Assembly: GCA_001782075.1 (NCBI GenBank)
Contig: MFNO01000016.1
Location: forward strand, 5,600 to 69,599
From: Candidatus Levybacteria bacterium RIFCSPHIGHO2_01_FULL_38_26
Lineage (GTDB): Bacteria; Patescibacteriota; Microgenomatia; Levybacterales; UBA12049
Length of the DNA stretch: 64,000 nucleotides
Direction of reading: 5' to 3'
In this document: in pieces, positions 1-8,992 of the stretch
Position numbering within the stretch: position 1 is the stretch's first letter
Layout of the letters: each line of letters starts with the position of its first letter
The notes under the pieces: model-generated
Seen by the model: the letters and a program-made list of their open reading frames with translations, nothing else
Databases searched by the model: none
What the model was told of the DNA's origin: nothing
Made by a program: the position numbers and the translations under genes

Positions 1-453
1 GATATTCTCAAGACAGGAATATATATTATACGTTGTTCCTGTTGAATCATAGGTATATTTGTGTTGCCCGGCATTGATTGGATCGCAGGGAATTCTTGAC
101 ATGTAAGTAACTCCTCCTGCGCTAAAATTATTTCCACAAGATGGGAAAGCAGCCAAAGCAAGGCATGTACCATGTGGATAACAGCCATGATCAGCTCTAA
201 ATAACTCCAGGGCTGATTGAATTTGAGAAAGGTCAGATTTTCTTGTACCGTCGCGACCGCGCTTCAACTGCGTAACAGGATCCAGAATGGTTATCAAGCT
301 GCCTATCAAAACCGCAAGAACACCCATCACAATAAGAAGCTCCACCAAGGTAATCCCAGAAGACTTTCCCCAACAAAGGCGGCTAATATTGCTCCAGCGA
401 CCAAAAAAGGCCCAAAAGGCATGGTGTCGCCGCGCAGTCTTTTTTTGCCCCAT
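1..453 (-). CDS. type IV pilin paralog (partial; C-terminus runs off the window start)
   Basis: Manual minus-strand translation in codon phase 3k-2..3k gives ...WGKSSG|ITLVELLIVMGVLAVLIGSLITILDPVTQLKRGRDGTRKSDL...C..C..YTYDSTGTTYNIYSC. This is a class-III (prepilin) signal plus a Cys-containing C-terminus, and is clearly paralogous to the pilin at 1240..1764 (DPVxQLxRGRDxxRK). The only in-frame ATG is at 451-453, which would give an unusually long 33-aa leader. The region overlaps the pilD 3' end in another frame. No stop before the window edge. Confidence 0.45.
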   Translation of the reverse strand, partial: MGQKKTARRHHAFWAFFGRWSNISRLCWGKSSGITLVELLIVMGVLAVLIGSLITILDPVTQLKRGRDGTRKSDLSQIQSALELFRADHGCYPHGTCLALAAFPSCGNNFSAGGVTYMSRIPCDPINAGQHKYTYDSTGTTYNIYSCLENI

Positions 454-1112
454 AAAATTAGTATGCACCCCAAAACCGCGCCTGTCAAGAAAGCAAAATA
501 AAAGGCAAAAATCGTCTTGGATAGTCCCAAGAAAAGTCCAAGCAAAAATACAAGCTTTACGTCTCCAAATCCCATACCCCGACCGCGCGTAACCAAAAAC
601 AGCACGAGGAAAAATAGAAAAGCACCCGTTGCAGCTATTAAATGTTGTAGTAAGTAGCTTGTATTAAGTAATAAGTATAAGAGGGAAATAAAAATTCCGG
701 GATATACTATTTTATCCAGTATAATTCCATATTTTAGGTCTACAAAGAATACAACAATTAACGAGGAAACAATAAACAAATAGTAAAATAGTGTCACAAA
801 TTGACTTAATTGAAAATTTAGATTTGATTGAAAATTATTAAGAACAAAAAAAGTTGTAACAACAAACATTACTCCAGTAGTAAGCTCAACAACAGGATAG
901 TATAACGAAAGAGGGGAGCGGCAATATCTACATTTACCTTTCAGAAACAGAAAAGAAACAACAGGGATCATATCGTACCACAAAAGTTTCTTTTTGCACG
1001 ACTCGCAATATGACTTGCCTTTGAAAGGAGATTCATTTCGGGGAAACCTATCTATCAAAACATTCAAAAAACTCCCAACCGCAAGGCCTAAGAGGAAAAG
1101 AAAAAATATCAT
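327..1112 (-). CDS. pilD: prepilin peptidase / N-methyltransferase (peptidase A24, PilD)
   Basis: N-terminal CxxC...CxxC zinc motif (CESCKKKL...CRYCRS), multiple TM helices, GMGFGDVKL motif typical of A24 peptidases; adjacent to pilins. Confidence 0.9.
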   Translation of the reverse strand: MIFFLFLLGLAVGSFLNVLIDRFPRNESPFKGKSYCESCKKKLLWYDMIPVVSFLFLKGKCRYCRSPLSLYYPVVELTTGVMFVVTTFFVLNNFQSNLNFQLSQFVTLFYYLFIVSSLIVVFFVDLKYGIILDKIVYPGIFISLLYLLLNTSYLLQHLIAATGAFLFFLVLFLVTRGRGMGFGDVKLVFLLGLFLGLSKTIFAFYFAFLTGAVLGCILILWGKKRLRGDTMPFGPFLVAGAILAAFVGESLLGLPWWSFLL

Positions 1113-1239
1113 CTCTAAACCTATTGTAACACAAACTGTTTAATGCGTAGATGGATGAGTTTATTCGGCTTATGCATAATTTGAAAAGAACATTTTAATC
1201 ATCAAAAATACCAAATAAAAAAATGGAGGCAAAGCAAAA

Positions 1240-1764
1240 CTAGGGCAAAAATGTAGGAGTCAAAGAGGGGTCAGCGGCAGGTGTACAGACTATCCCGGCT
1301 CTTCCCTGGTTAGTTGCGAAAGCAAACCATGCTATGTTTGGGGCACACTTACTGTTTTCAGAATTAGATTCCAGCCTAGCATACACTACAGCCTGAGGAG
1401 TACCTGCTACCAACCCCGTATTGTAACAATACCCCTGAAAGACTGTAGGAGTAGTACAAGCGAAAGCACCACTATATGCTGGATTAGCTGGAAACGCTTG
1501 TATCTCTCCAGCAGACACCAACTGATTTGGAGCTGTAGTCCACTCCGCGCTAGTTAGGTACTGACTTCTTACCGTGTAATAAGCCTGGAGAGCTCTTCCT
1601 AATTGTCCAATAGAAGTTTTTCTTCCAGCGTCTCTTCCTCTAGCCAACTGCTGAACCGGATCAATTGCTACTAAAACCACTGCTGCCAAAATACCGAGTA
1701 CTGCGATGACGATAAGAAGTTCAATTAATGTGAAGCCTTTTGATGATTTAGATAAGTTCTTCAT
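1240..1764 (-). CDS. type IV pilin / pseudopilin
   Basis: Leader MKNLSKSSKG followed by FTLIELLIVIAVLGILAAVV (prepilin cleavage/methylation motif G|FTLIE); Cys pairs in the C-terminal domain. Confidence 0.85.
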   Translation of the reverse strand: MKNLSKSSKGFTLIELLIVIAVLGILAAVVLVAIDPVQQLARGRDAGRKTSIGQLGRALQAYYTVRSQYLTSAEWTTAPNQLVSAGEIQAFPANPAYSGAFACTTPTVFQGYCYNTGLVAGTPQAVVYARLESNSENSKCAPNIAWFAFATNQGRAGIVCTPAADPSLTPTFLP

Positions 1765-1847
1765 TTATTTTTAAAACATATTTAGTGTAATCATAATCTT
1801 TAAATCTTGTCAAGAGGGCATTTTACTATAAGTTGATAAACGAGTGA

Positions 1848-2204
1848 TTAAAACAAGGGCACGTTGAAAAAATCTCCTACTATAGCAACAACAAAAAATG
1901 CCAAAAGCGCGACAACAAGCCCCACGATAGCGTATGTTATCTTTTCCCGAGCAGACTGAATTTTTTCTCTCTCTCCCCTTGCTATAATATAGCGAATCGA
2001 TCCCCAGAGGATATAGCCGATTGACAGAAGAATTATGATAGTCAGAAAGACGCTAACTCCAAGCTGAAGGATCTTTACTCCCTCAACAAATAAACTTCCC
2101 TCGGGTACGTTGGGTGGGGGAGTTATTCCTCCAAAACTGCCAGGCAAAGTCAAAGCAATATCCATACTACATTTACTGTACGTTAACAAAAACGGTTTTG
2201 TCAA
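1848..2204 (-). CDS. small membrane protein, unknown function
   Basis: 118 aa, two hydrophobic segments; start overlaps the histidine-kinase stop (operonic). Confidence 0.4.
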   Translation of the reverse strand: MTKPFLLTYSKCSMDIALTLPGSFGGITPPPNVPEGSLFVEGVKILQLGVSVFLTIIILLSIGYILWGSIRYIIARGEREKIQSAREKITYAIVGLVVALLAFFVVAIVGDFFNVPLF

Positions 2205-3538
2205 GAAAGAGGACTCGCGACTTTGACGGAAAATGTGAATGCAGAACCCTTGTCTTCTCCCTCAGACTCTACCCATATTCTACCACCATGCAATTCTACT
2301 ATAAGCTTACATAAATACAGTCCAAGTCCTGTCCCTTGAATATTTTTCTCTTTTTGTTTGGTAATCCCGACCATGCTAAATTTTTGAAAAAGTTTTGACA
2401 TGTCTTCTTTTTTTATCCCTATTCCATTATCTGAAACACATGTTTCTATAAAATTGTCTTTTTGGTTGAGTGAAACTGTAACTTTTCCTCCCCTTGGCGT
2501 AAACTTCAAACTATTTCCTATCAAATTCATCAACACTTCTTTTATTTTGCTGGAGTCTCCCCAAATCTCCGAAAGAGCAGGGGAGAAAGTCTCCATAATC
2601 TCAATTTGAAACTCTTTTGCCCGAGGGGTCATTTCCGTCACTACTTCCTTTACCAGATCATTGAGCCTAAGTCTTTTAAGGTCAAGAGTAATTTTCCCAG
2701 ACTCGATACGGGAAATGTTCAACATGTCGTTAACAAGCGCTATCAAACTATTGGTTGATCTATACGCAATATTTAGATAATCTTTTTGCTTTTCGGTTAC
2801 ATTTCCTCCGCGTCCCTGTAAAACCATCCAGATATAAGATTTAATAGCCACCATTGGAGTTCTTAGCTCATGGGACGCAAGCGACAAAAACTCATCTTTT
2901 AGCTTATCCAGTGTTTTTAATTTGTCATTTGCCTGCGACAATTCTTTGGACAATCTGGCAAGCTCTACATTTTTTTTATATACTTCCTCATTGACGTTCC
3001 TAAGGTCCTCTGTCGCGTCGCTGACTTTTTGTTCAAGCGTCGCATTGAATCTCTGAATTTCTTCAAAACTCCTGGCGTTTTGTATCGCGACAGCTGTCTC
3101 TGGCGCTAGAATCTTGAGAGCCTGAATTTCGTATGGGGTATACAAACCGCCCAGCAACTTCCTTCCCAGAAGCAACAGCCCAATATTTTCCTCTTGGGTA
3201 CGTAAACATACTACAACGGCAACATCAAGCTTTTTTAGTATATCTTTGAGCTTACCTTCTGGCAGTTCGTTAAAAACTAAAATTTTTACTTGGTCAGAAA
3301 GAATTGCTATTTCCTTCTCGTCAAATTCAGGGACTGAAGCATAACCCTCGTGCAATACTTGGTAAATTTTACTGTCTTTCGTCAGAAGAACAATTGCTCC
3401 ATGACTTATTCGCATTGCTGAAAGAAGTTCAGAGAGCAAGCGGTGCCCCAAATCTTCCAGTCGAAGAGTCGATGCCATAATTGTAGCTAAGTTATAAAGT
3501 ATGCCATGGATCGTCGAGGCGGACTGTTTAATATCCAT
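2201..3538 (-). CDS. sensor histidine kinase (GAF-like N-terminus, HisKA, HATPase_c), cytoplasmic
   Basis: H-box SHELRTPMVAIKSY, N-box LIGNSLKFT, G-boxes DNGIGI / GTGLGLYLCKLIVELHGG; coiled-coil linker; no TM segment. Confidence 0.85.
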   Translation of the reverse strand: MDIKQSASTIHGILYNLATIMASTLRLEDLGHRLLSELLSAMRISHGAIVLLTKDSKIYQVLHEGYASVPEFDEKEIAILSDQVKILVFNELPEGKLKDILKKLDVAVVVCLRTQEENIGLLLLGRKLLGGLYTPYEIQALKILAPETAVAIQNARSFEEIQRFNATLEQKVSDATEDLRNVNEEVYKKNVELARLSKELSQANDKLKTLDKLKDEFLSLASHELRTPMVAIKSYIWMVLQGRGGNVTEKQKDYLNIAYRSTNSLIALVNDMLNISRIESGKITLDLKRLRLNDLVKEVVTEMTPRAKEFQIEIMETFSPALSEIWGDSSKIKEVLMNLIGNSLKFTPRGGKVTVSLNQKDNFIETCVSDNGIGIKKEDMSKLFQKFSMVGITKQKEKNIQGTGLGLYLCKLIVELHGGRIWVESEGEDKGSAFTFSVKVASPLS

Positions 3539-3580
3539 ATCAAAAGAATAATCCAGATTGTGTTTATTGTCAAACCCAAA

Positions 3581-3859
3581 CTACAATAATAACTGCGGCC
3601 TTTGGTCTTGGGGAATTTTAGAAAGAACATCTTTTACCGCGTCTTTGCATACCTCAACCGACGCCTGACCAAAAAGCTCTCTGTATTGCCCAACCAACCT
3701 CTCAACAATTGTCTTCTGATCTCCATCAAATCTCACATCATGCTTTTCCCAATCAACATTTAATCCCTGAACCTTTCTTGCCTGCTCGAGCGCCACAGGA
3801 CCAATAATCCCTTCTTGCTCCCTAATAATTTTTTCAACTATTTGGGCAAAAATATCCAT
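3581..3859 (-). CDS. hypothetical protein (92 aa)
   Basis: ORF in operonic position between the membrane protein and the histidine kinase; no recognisable motif. Confidence 0.35.
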   Translation of the reverse strand: MDIFAQIVEKIIREQEGIIGPVALEQARKVQGLNVDWEKHDVRFDGDQKTIVERLVGQYRELFGQASVEVCKDAVKDVLSKIPQDQRPQLLL

Positions 3860-3862
3860 AGG

Positions 3863-4717
3863 TTATTTCCCTCGTAACTTAGATAAAACAGTTCGCATCT
3901 GTAATATACTAAGCGTCATTAAAAAGTACGCAACAACATACATGTAGTCCAAAATGCTGGCAGGATAATACTGTTCATAAAAAAAAATAAATGAATAATC
4001 TGCCAGAAACTGGCTGGCAAAGGCTATAATCAAAAGCATGATTCTATTTTTCATTATTCCCCCTAGTATATTCCTAGTAAGACTATAGGTAAGTATACCT
4101 ATTGAGATATATATTGCTTGTCCCATTGGATATCCAAAATCAAAAAATGTTTTAAGTGGATTTTCAAAATCCAAAGGATAGTTACGTAAGAACAAGAAAT
4201 AAGCAACGCTCAACATTATAAGAGGGACAATAATCGCCTGAAGCTTGTTCGCTAAGGATCTCAATGAAACCTTTACTCCTGAGGCTTTCGCAATAAGGTA
4301 AGAACCGTATATATAAAAGGGAATTGTACCAAAGAATCCAATATCTCCAAGGGAAGGGTAAGGAATTTCAATGCCAAGTACAAAAATATAAAAACTATAA
4401 GCAAGTTGACCAAACTCCTGCGCAAAAAGCCCTAGAGAAAACATGATAAGACCTCTGCCCATTACGCTTTTGAATCCGCCCCATGCCCTTGAAATGATAA
4501 ATCCCCAAATTCCGCCCCAGACTGCAATCAATCCATAGGTATGCCCAAAAAGTCCATAAAGGCCATGGTCCCTAGGTAAAAAAATGTGAATCAATATCCA
4601 CCAAAGACTAAAAAAGAAAAATAGGAAAACCGCAACCTGCGTTGGTCGATCTTTCCTAATTTCCTCCAACATACAATCAGCGTATAGAATATTCATAGAA
4701 TTGTCAAGTTGACTCAA
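3863..4717 (-). CDS. polytopic membrane protein, unknown function (possible sensor partner of the downstream kinase)
   Basis: 284 aa with about 7 hydrophobic helices; immediately upstream of a soluble histidine kinase on the same strand. Confidence 0.45.
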   Translation of the reverse strand: MSQLDNSMNILYADCMLEEIRKDRPTQVAVFLFFFFSLWWILIHIFLPRDHGLYGLFGHTYGLIAVWGGIWGFIISRAWGGFKSVMGRGLIMFSLGLFAQEFGQLAYSFYIFVLGIEIPYPSLGDIGFFGTIPFYIYGSYLIAKASGVKVSLRSLANKLQAIIVPLIMLSVAYFLFLRNYPLDFENPLKTFFDFGYPMGQAIYISIGILTYSLTRNILGGIMKNRIMLLIIAFASQFLADYSFIFFYEQYYPASILDYMYVVAYFLMTLSILQMRTVLSKLRGK

Positions 4718-4737
4718 AAATCGTATAATATAAGTCT

Positions 4738-5649
4738 GTGATTCCTCAATATCCAGATTTTAAAAAACTAACATTAGAGGATAAAAAAGAAATAGAAAAA
4801 CGTGTGCGTCAATACTCACCCTATTCTGACTTTAATTTCTTAAGCTTATGGAGTTATAACATAGACGATGACATTGTCATTTCAGATCTTTACGGCAACC
4901 TAGTAGTTCGTTTCCGTGATTACATTACCAATGAACCATTCTATTCTTTTATCGGCATCAATAATTTAACCAAAACCATAGATTCTCTTTTGAGGAAAAG
5001 CCAAGAGGAAGGACTAAAACCGATGTTAAAACTCATCCCAGATATTGTAAATAAATCAAGCCCCAAAGATACGAATAGATTTATTTTTGAAGAAGACAGA
5101 GACAATTTCGACTATATATTTTCTGTTTCTGAAATTGCGCAGTTAAACGGAAACAAATACCATACGCAAAAAAACTTTGTGAATAGGTTCCAAAATCTTC
5201 ACCAAAATTTTACCATTAGCCTATTGGATTTACTAAATGGTGACGTACAAACCCAAGTCCTCAATGTTTTTCACACGTGGAAAAGAGCAAAAAATTACGA
5301 CGATGACCATACTCAGCGCGAGCTCACTGCTCTAAATAGAACACTAACAAGCTCTTCTGATTTTAATCTAATAACTTTGGGCATCTACAATATAGAAAAG
5401 TCGCTGATAGGCTTTATAATCGCTGATTTATCAGAAGGAGGTTATGCTCAGTCTCACTTCGTTAAGGCTGACATCTCATATCCCGGGGTTTATTACACCC
5501 TTTATTTTTATCTTGCCAAACATCTGCAAGCAATGGGTTATGAGTTTTTGAATAATGGACAAGATCTTGGAATCATGGGGTTAAGAAAGTCAAAAGAACA
5601 ATGGAATCCAGTTGTATTTTTAAAAAAATATAAAATTACTTATTTATAA
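4738..5649 (+). CDS. hypothetical protein, possibly DUF2156/GNAT-like (MprF C-terminal-domain-like)
   Basis: 303 aa; N-terminal YSPYSDFNFLSLWSY motif recalled from DUF2156 proteins. Family assignment is from memory only. Confidence 0.4.
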   Translation: MIPQYPDFKKLTLEDKKEIEKRVRQYSPYSDFNFLSLWSYNIDDDIVISDLYGNLVVRFRDYITNEPFYSFIGINNLTKTIDSLLRKSQEEGLKPMLKLIPDIVNKSSPKDTNRFIFEEDRDNFDYIFSVSEIAQLNGNKYHTQKNFVNRFQNLHQNFTISLLDLLNGDVQTQVLNVFHTWKRAKNYDDDHTQRELTALNRTLTSSSDFNLITLGIYNIEKSLIGFIIADLSEGGYAQSHFVKADISYPGVYYTLYFYLAKHLQAMGYEFLNNGQDLGIMGLRKSKEQWNPVVFLKKYKITYL

Positions 5650-6523
5650 AATACAAACCCAGAAGGATAACAATCATAGCCAATAGTTTTTTTTGTTTGC
5701 TTCCGTAAGCTGCCTCTCTTAAGTATTTTGGAAAAAGCGGATAAAATACTAAAGCAAATAGAAGTACATATATCGGCTGTATCCCCTCAATAACTTTGAC
5801 AAGCGATACCGGACCTTTACTTATCGCAAGATTATTTGTAAATTCCGCAGCTATGCCTATGAGTTCAGCAGATATAAATACTAATATCCATTTCTTAAAA
5901 CTCTTGTTGAATTCACCTAAAAACCTCCTTCCCTCCCGAAAAAAAACAGAAAGAAAAACAGCTCCTAATCCCATTCCCATAGAGAAATACATATACCCGC
6001 TCCAAAAATCTAAAGCGTTATAAACATATTTTCCGCAAATCGCAACCAATGTATATAACAAGGCTGCAAATATCATGAAATAAAGAGCCTTGGAAAACTT
6101 AAATCTTTTGATATTTATTGCTGAAATAGTAAAAGACGCAAGAAGAATTAGCACAAAACCGATGTACTGGCTCGAGGTTAAAGACTCATCTAAAATAAAA
6201 TAAGCAAGGAATGGCACAAAGGCAGGAGAAAGACTAAATAGGGCAATCACTACTGATGGAGATTCCACATCCAACGCATGAAAATAGAACAAGTAGCTTA
6301 TTACGGTCAAAAATCCTGCAAGCAGTCCCAAAAAAATAATTGTAGGCGAGGAGATTGTAAGAGGAAAAAAAAATAAACCCAGTAGGGGCAGAAGAGCGAA
6401 AAATCCGGAGATAATAGCACCAAAAAACGGCGAACGGTATACGTTTCTTAGTAAATTGTCATCTATAATATTAACAATGGCAAAAAGAGCAGGACTTAGA
6501 AGGGCTATGTAAAACCACTCCAT
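5636..6523 (-). CDS. EamA/DMT-like permease
   Basis: 295 aa, about 10 TM helices in two halves typical of drug/metabolite transporter fold. Confidence 0.5.
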   Translation of the reverse strand: MEWFYIALLSPALFAIVNIIDDNLLRNVYRSPFFGAIISGFFALLPLLGLFFFPLTISSPTIIFLGLLAGFLTVISYLFYFHALDVESPSVVIALFSLSPAFVPFLAYFILDESLTSSQYIGFVLILLASFTISAINIKRFKFSKALYFMIFAALLYTLVAICGKYVYNALDFWSGYMYFSMGMGLGAVFLSVFFREGRRFLGEFNKSFKKWILVFISAELIGIAAEFTNNLAISKGPVSLVKVIEGIQPIYVLLFALVFYPLFPKYLREAAYGSKQKKLLAMIVILLGLYFINK

Positions 6524-6524
6524 G

Positions 6525-6929
6525 TTATTTATCTATATTTTCCGCTGGATATTTTTTTCCTCGTGTCTCAATATAAAATTCAACATCTTGAGTTTTAAAT
6601 ATTTCTTTAAAATAATCTGTAACTTTTTTAGTATTGAATTTTTTACAAGAGTAAACGTCTGCCGTGACAAATCTTCTCTTGATAAACGTATGCAAACTTA
6701 TGTGTGATTCTTGAATAATAACAAATCCAGACCATCCTCCTGGATCTTTTTTTCCATTGGATTTAGCAAAAACAACATGTGGCTCTATCAATTTTCTCAT
6801 GCCTATTTTTTTTGGAAGTGTATCTAAAATATTATGGACTAGTCCTTTATTATTCAGCGTGTCAGGATTACAGTTGTACATATCAATCATTAGGTGGAGC
6901 CCAAAAGGGGTAATTTTTGTTTTATTCAT
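6525..6929 (-). CDS. speH: S-adenosylmethionine decarboxylase proenzyme (pyruvoyl-dependent, SpeH/class 1)
   Basis: GLHLMIDMYNC ... GGWSGFVIIQESHISLHTF: the ESH self-cleavage site and overall length (134 aa) match archaeal/Bacillus-type AdoMetDC. Confidence 0.75.
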   Translation of the reverse strand: MNKTKITPFGLHLMIDMYNCNPDTLNNKGLVHNILDTLPKKIGMRKLIEPHVVFAKSNGKKDPGGWSGFVIIQESHISLHTFIKRRFVTADVYSCKKFNTKKVTDYFKEIFKTQDVEFYIETRGKKYPAENIDK

Positions 6930-7027
6930 ATATTAAATTTATAACATACTAATTTTTATAGAACAACAAGACATGTATTATAGCCTATATTTGACAAATA
7001 AACCAATTATGTGTTAAGTTTTTTGTT

Positions 7028-7402
7028 ATGGCGCAGAAGATTTTGCTCATTGAAGACGATACCTATATAAGAAAACTATATGCGGAAGTTCTAGAACAAG
7101 CAGGATACGAGGTTGAGGTCGCAGAAGATGGAATTTCTGGTTTGGACAAGATCAACAGGGAAAAATTCGATGCAATCCTTTTAGATGTAGTGATGCCTAG
7201 GCTAGATGGGCTGGGAGTTCTTGAGTCGCTTGAAAAAAATCCGCCACCTCAAAAAAACGGCCCGATAATACTTCTGAGCAATCTTGCCAAAGACCCTATC
7301 ACCCAAGGGGGTCTGGATAAAGGGGCTGTCGGCTACATCGTAAAATCCGACATCAACCCTGATGAGTTGATTGAAAAAATACAGAAGTTTTTGACTAATT
7401 AA
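7028..7402 (+). CDS. response regulator, receiver domain only (CheY-like)
   Basis: ILLIEDD acidic pocket, phospho-acceptor D in LLDVVMP, conserved S/T (LLSNL) and K (YIVK); no output domain. Its stop overlaps the pilC-derived stop (TTAA). Confidence 0.85.
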   Translation: MAQKILLIEDDTYIRKLYAEVLEQAGYEVEVAEDGISGLDKINREKFDAILLDVVMPRLDGLGVLESLEKNPPPQKNGPIILLSNLAKDPITQGGLDKGAVGYIVKSDINPDELIEKIQKFLTN

Positions 7403-7526
7403 AATGCTTGAATCAGGTTGTAAATTGGAGTAAGCACAGATATTATCAAAAGCGCAACCCCAACTCCCAACAAAACCATAATAAAAGGCTCCATTGCTGT
7501 AGTGAGAGTTTTGATTGCCTGATCAA
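7350..7526. repeat. direct repeat copy 1 (~177 bp, identical to 9808..9985)
   Basis: Visual alignment: acatcaaccctgatgagttgattgaaaaaatacagaagtttttgactaattaaaatgcttgaatcaggttg...ttgattgcctgatcaa occurs twice. Spans the RR 3' end plus the pilC 3' end. Confidence 0.9.
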
Positions 7527-7782
7527 GCGTTAGAATAGATTTTCTATCAATAAAAATTTCTAGGAGTTTTAGAAGGATAATCCGATTCTGCGGAATTCTT
7601 GTTCCTCTCTGCCAGTGAGAGAAAATGCTGTCTTCATAAATAAAACCTTTTTCCGCAAGCGCACTGCCTAATTCAGACAAGGTAGAAAGTTCAGCTTTCA
7701 ACCTGTATTTTTTAAAAAGCGTCGAGAACTTGCTGGTCTCTGACTGCATATCGCAAGCTAATTCTACCACAACCTTTGTCAA
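7399..7782 (-). CDS. chimeric ORF: XRE-type HTH fragment fused to the last 41 aa of PilC (derived from repeat copy 1)
   Basis: N-terminal part LSELGSALAEKGFIYEDSIFSHWQRGTRIPQNRIILLKLLEIF resembles Cro/C1 HTH. C-terminal DQAIKTLTTAMEPFIMVLLGVGVALLIISVLTPIYNLIQAF is identical to the PilC C-terminus (9858..). Confidence 0.5.
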   Translation of the reverse strand: MTKVVVELACDMQSETSKFSTLFKKYRLKAELSTLSELGSALAEKGFIYEDSIFSHWQRGTRIPQNRIILLKLLEIFIDRKSILTLDQAIKTLTTAMEPFIMVLLGVGVALLIISVLTPIYNLIQAF

Positions 7783-7838
7783 CTTGCCTGAAGAGACTGT
7801 TATATAGCATAGCTTTATTTTTTTACTTATTTTTATCT

Positions 7839-8288
7839 CTACTGTTTTATCTGGGCTGTCTGAATCATATTCCCCATTGATGAAGTGCCTGAAGTGGAAA
7901 CTGTGCCTTGTGTTGATAAATGTTGCGTTGCAGTTTTTGGAGTTGGTGTTGGCGTAGGAGTTGGAAAATCGTCTATCCAGATATCTTTTCCTGCCGAATC
8001 AGTTCCTATCCAGACTTGTGCTTGATTTAAATCTGACCGCCAATACCAACCACCGTATTGTTTTGCTTTTTGCGTTGTTTGAGTCTGGTGTGATACTGAT
8101 TTAGCTTCTGGTGTTGGAGAAGGAGTTAGAGTAGGCGTGGGAGTAGAAGCTAGAGGTAGCGAGATGGTTGTAGATACACCTTTTACAGATGACCTTGGCC
8201 ATTCATTCAAAATAATGACACCACTACCAATCAGGCAAATAACAAAACCTAATCCCAGAATCGTTTTGTTCATGTTCATATTGATCAT
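7839..8288 (-). CDS. membrane-anchored/secreted protein with TPTPTP linkers
   Basis: N-terminal hydrophobic anchor, two (TP)n low-complexity linkers flanking a small domain (QYGGWYWRSDLNQAQVWIGTDSAGKDIWIDDF). Confidence 0.45.
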   Translation of the reverse strand: MINMNMNKTILGLGFVICLIGSGVIILNEWPRSSVKGVSTTISLPLASTPTPTLTPSPTPEAKSVSHQTQTTQKAKQYGGWYWRSDLNQAQVWIGTDSAGKDIWIDDFPTPTPTPTPKTATQHLSTQGTVSTSGTSSMGNMIQTAQIKQ

Positions 8289-8554
8289 TTTGTATATTTA
8301 CTATTCCACCATTGCAGAATTTTTTTAACGTTTTGATTAAGTTCATGTGGTCTTGAATCAATACCAAAATGGTCTTTTAGTTCTTTTGAAAGAAAAGAAG
8401 TGAGTTTATCTGAATCTGCTCTTTTACGCATTAATGAGAAAATCGGCGCAATTAAACAATCATATTCGTCTTTCGGTCCACCTTTGAAAGGTAAAACTCC
8501 GATAAAATCCCATGTATTTAATAAACGAATTAGCTCTTGTTTTTGAGATTTCAT
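8285..8554 (-). CDS. small cytoplasmic protein, candidate (orphan) immunity protein
   Basis: 89 aa, ATGA start/stop overlap with neighbour; positional inference only (downstream of an Rhs toxin tip). Confidence 0.35.
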   Translation of the reverse strand: MKSQKQELIRLLNTWDFIGVLPFKGGPKDEYDCLIAPIFSLMRKRADSDKLTSFLSKELKDHFGIDSRPHELNQNVKKILQWWNSKYTK

Positions 8555-8623
8555 ATATAGAATAAGTACGTTTTTGCATTAATACTCATAGGCCTAATAT
8601 TTTAGCACTAAATAGTCAATAAT

Positions 8624-8977
8624 TTATATAAGGAAAAATGCATGAAATAGAAAATTGATAAAAATAATAGCTAGAAAAACCCAAAATGAGCTACGGGTTT
8701 TTCTAGCTAATTCATTCAATTCTTGATCTTTATGACTTTCAAAAATTATCTTCCATTGAAGAAGAGGGACAATCGGTAACTTCTGTAAATAATCAAGAGG
8801 ATCTTTAGAAAAATAGTTAGTTGCCTCTCCGAATAATAGAGGATAATCAGGATTTATTTTTTTTCGATATAACCTAACATATTTCTTATAAGACCTTAGA
8901 AAGATAATGCAACCTAAGAAAAAGGGTGTAAAAAACGTAATTATTATAAATGGGAAGCCTACATGAAGCGAATCCAT
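8624..8977 (-). CDS. small membrane protein, candidate immunity protein for the upstream Rhs-CT
   Basis: 117 aa with N- and C-terminal TM segments; located 16 bp downstream of the toxin-tip ORF on the same strand. Confidence 0.4.
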   Translation of the reverse strand: MDSLHVGFPFIIITFFTPFFLGCIIFLRSYKKYVRLYRKKINPDYPLLFGEATNYFSKDPLDYLQKLPIVPLLQWKIIFESHKDQELNELARKTRSSFWVFLAIIFINFLFHAFFLI

Positions 8978-8992
8978 ACAACTAGTTATTTA

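Noticed and set aside
174-182. Second perfect DnaA-box 9-mer (TGTGGATAA) at 174-182
   Set aside because: Lies inside a pilin coding sequence. At this window size one or two perfect 9-mers are expected by chance, which also weakens the DnaA-box argument at 46477-46485.
217-592. Plus-strand ORFs 217-501 and 287-592 (basic, low-complexity proteins)
   Set aside because: Antisense to the well-supported pilD/pilin coding region; their composition is typical of shadow ORFs.
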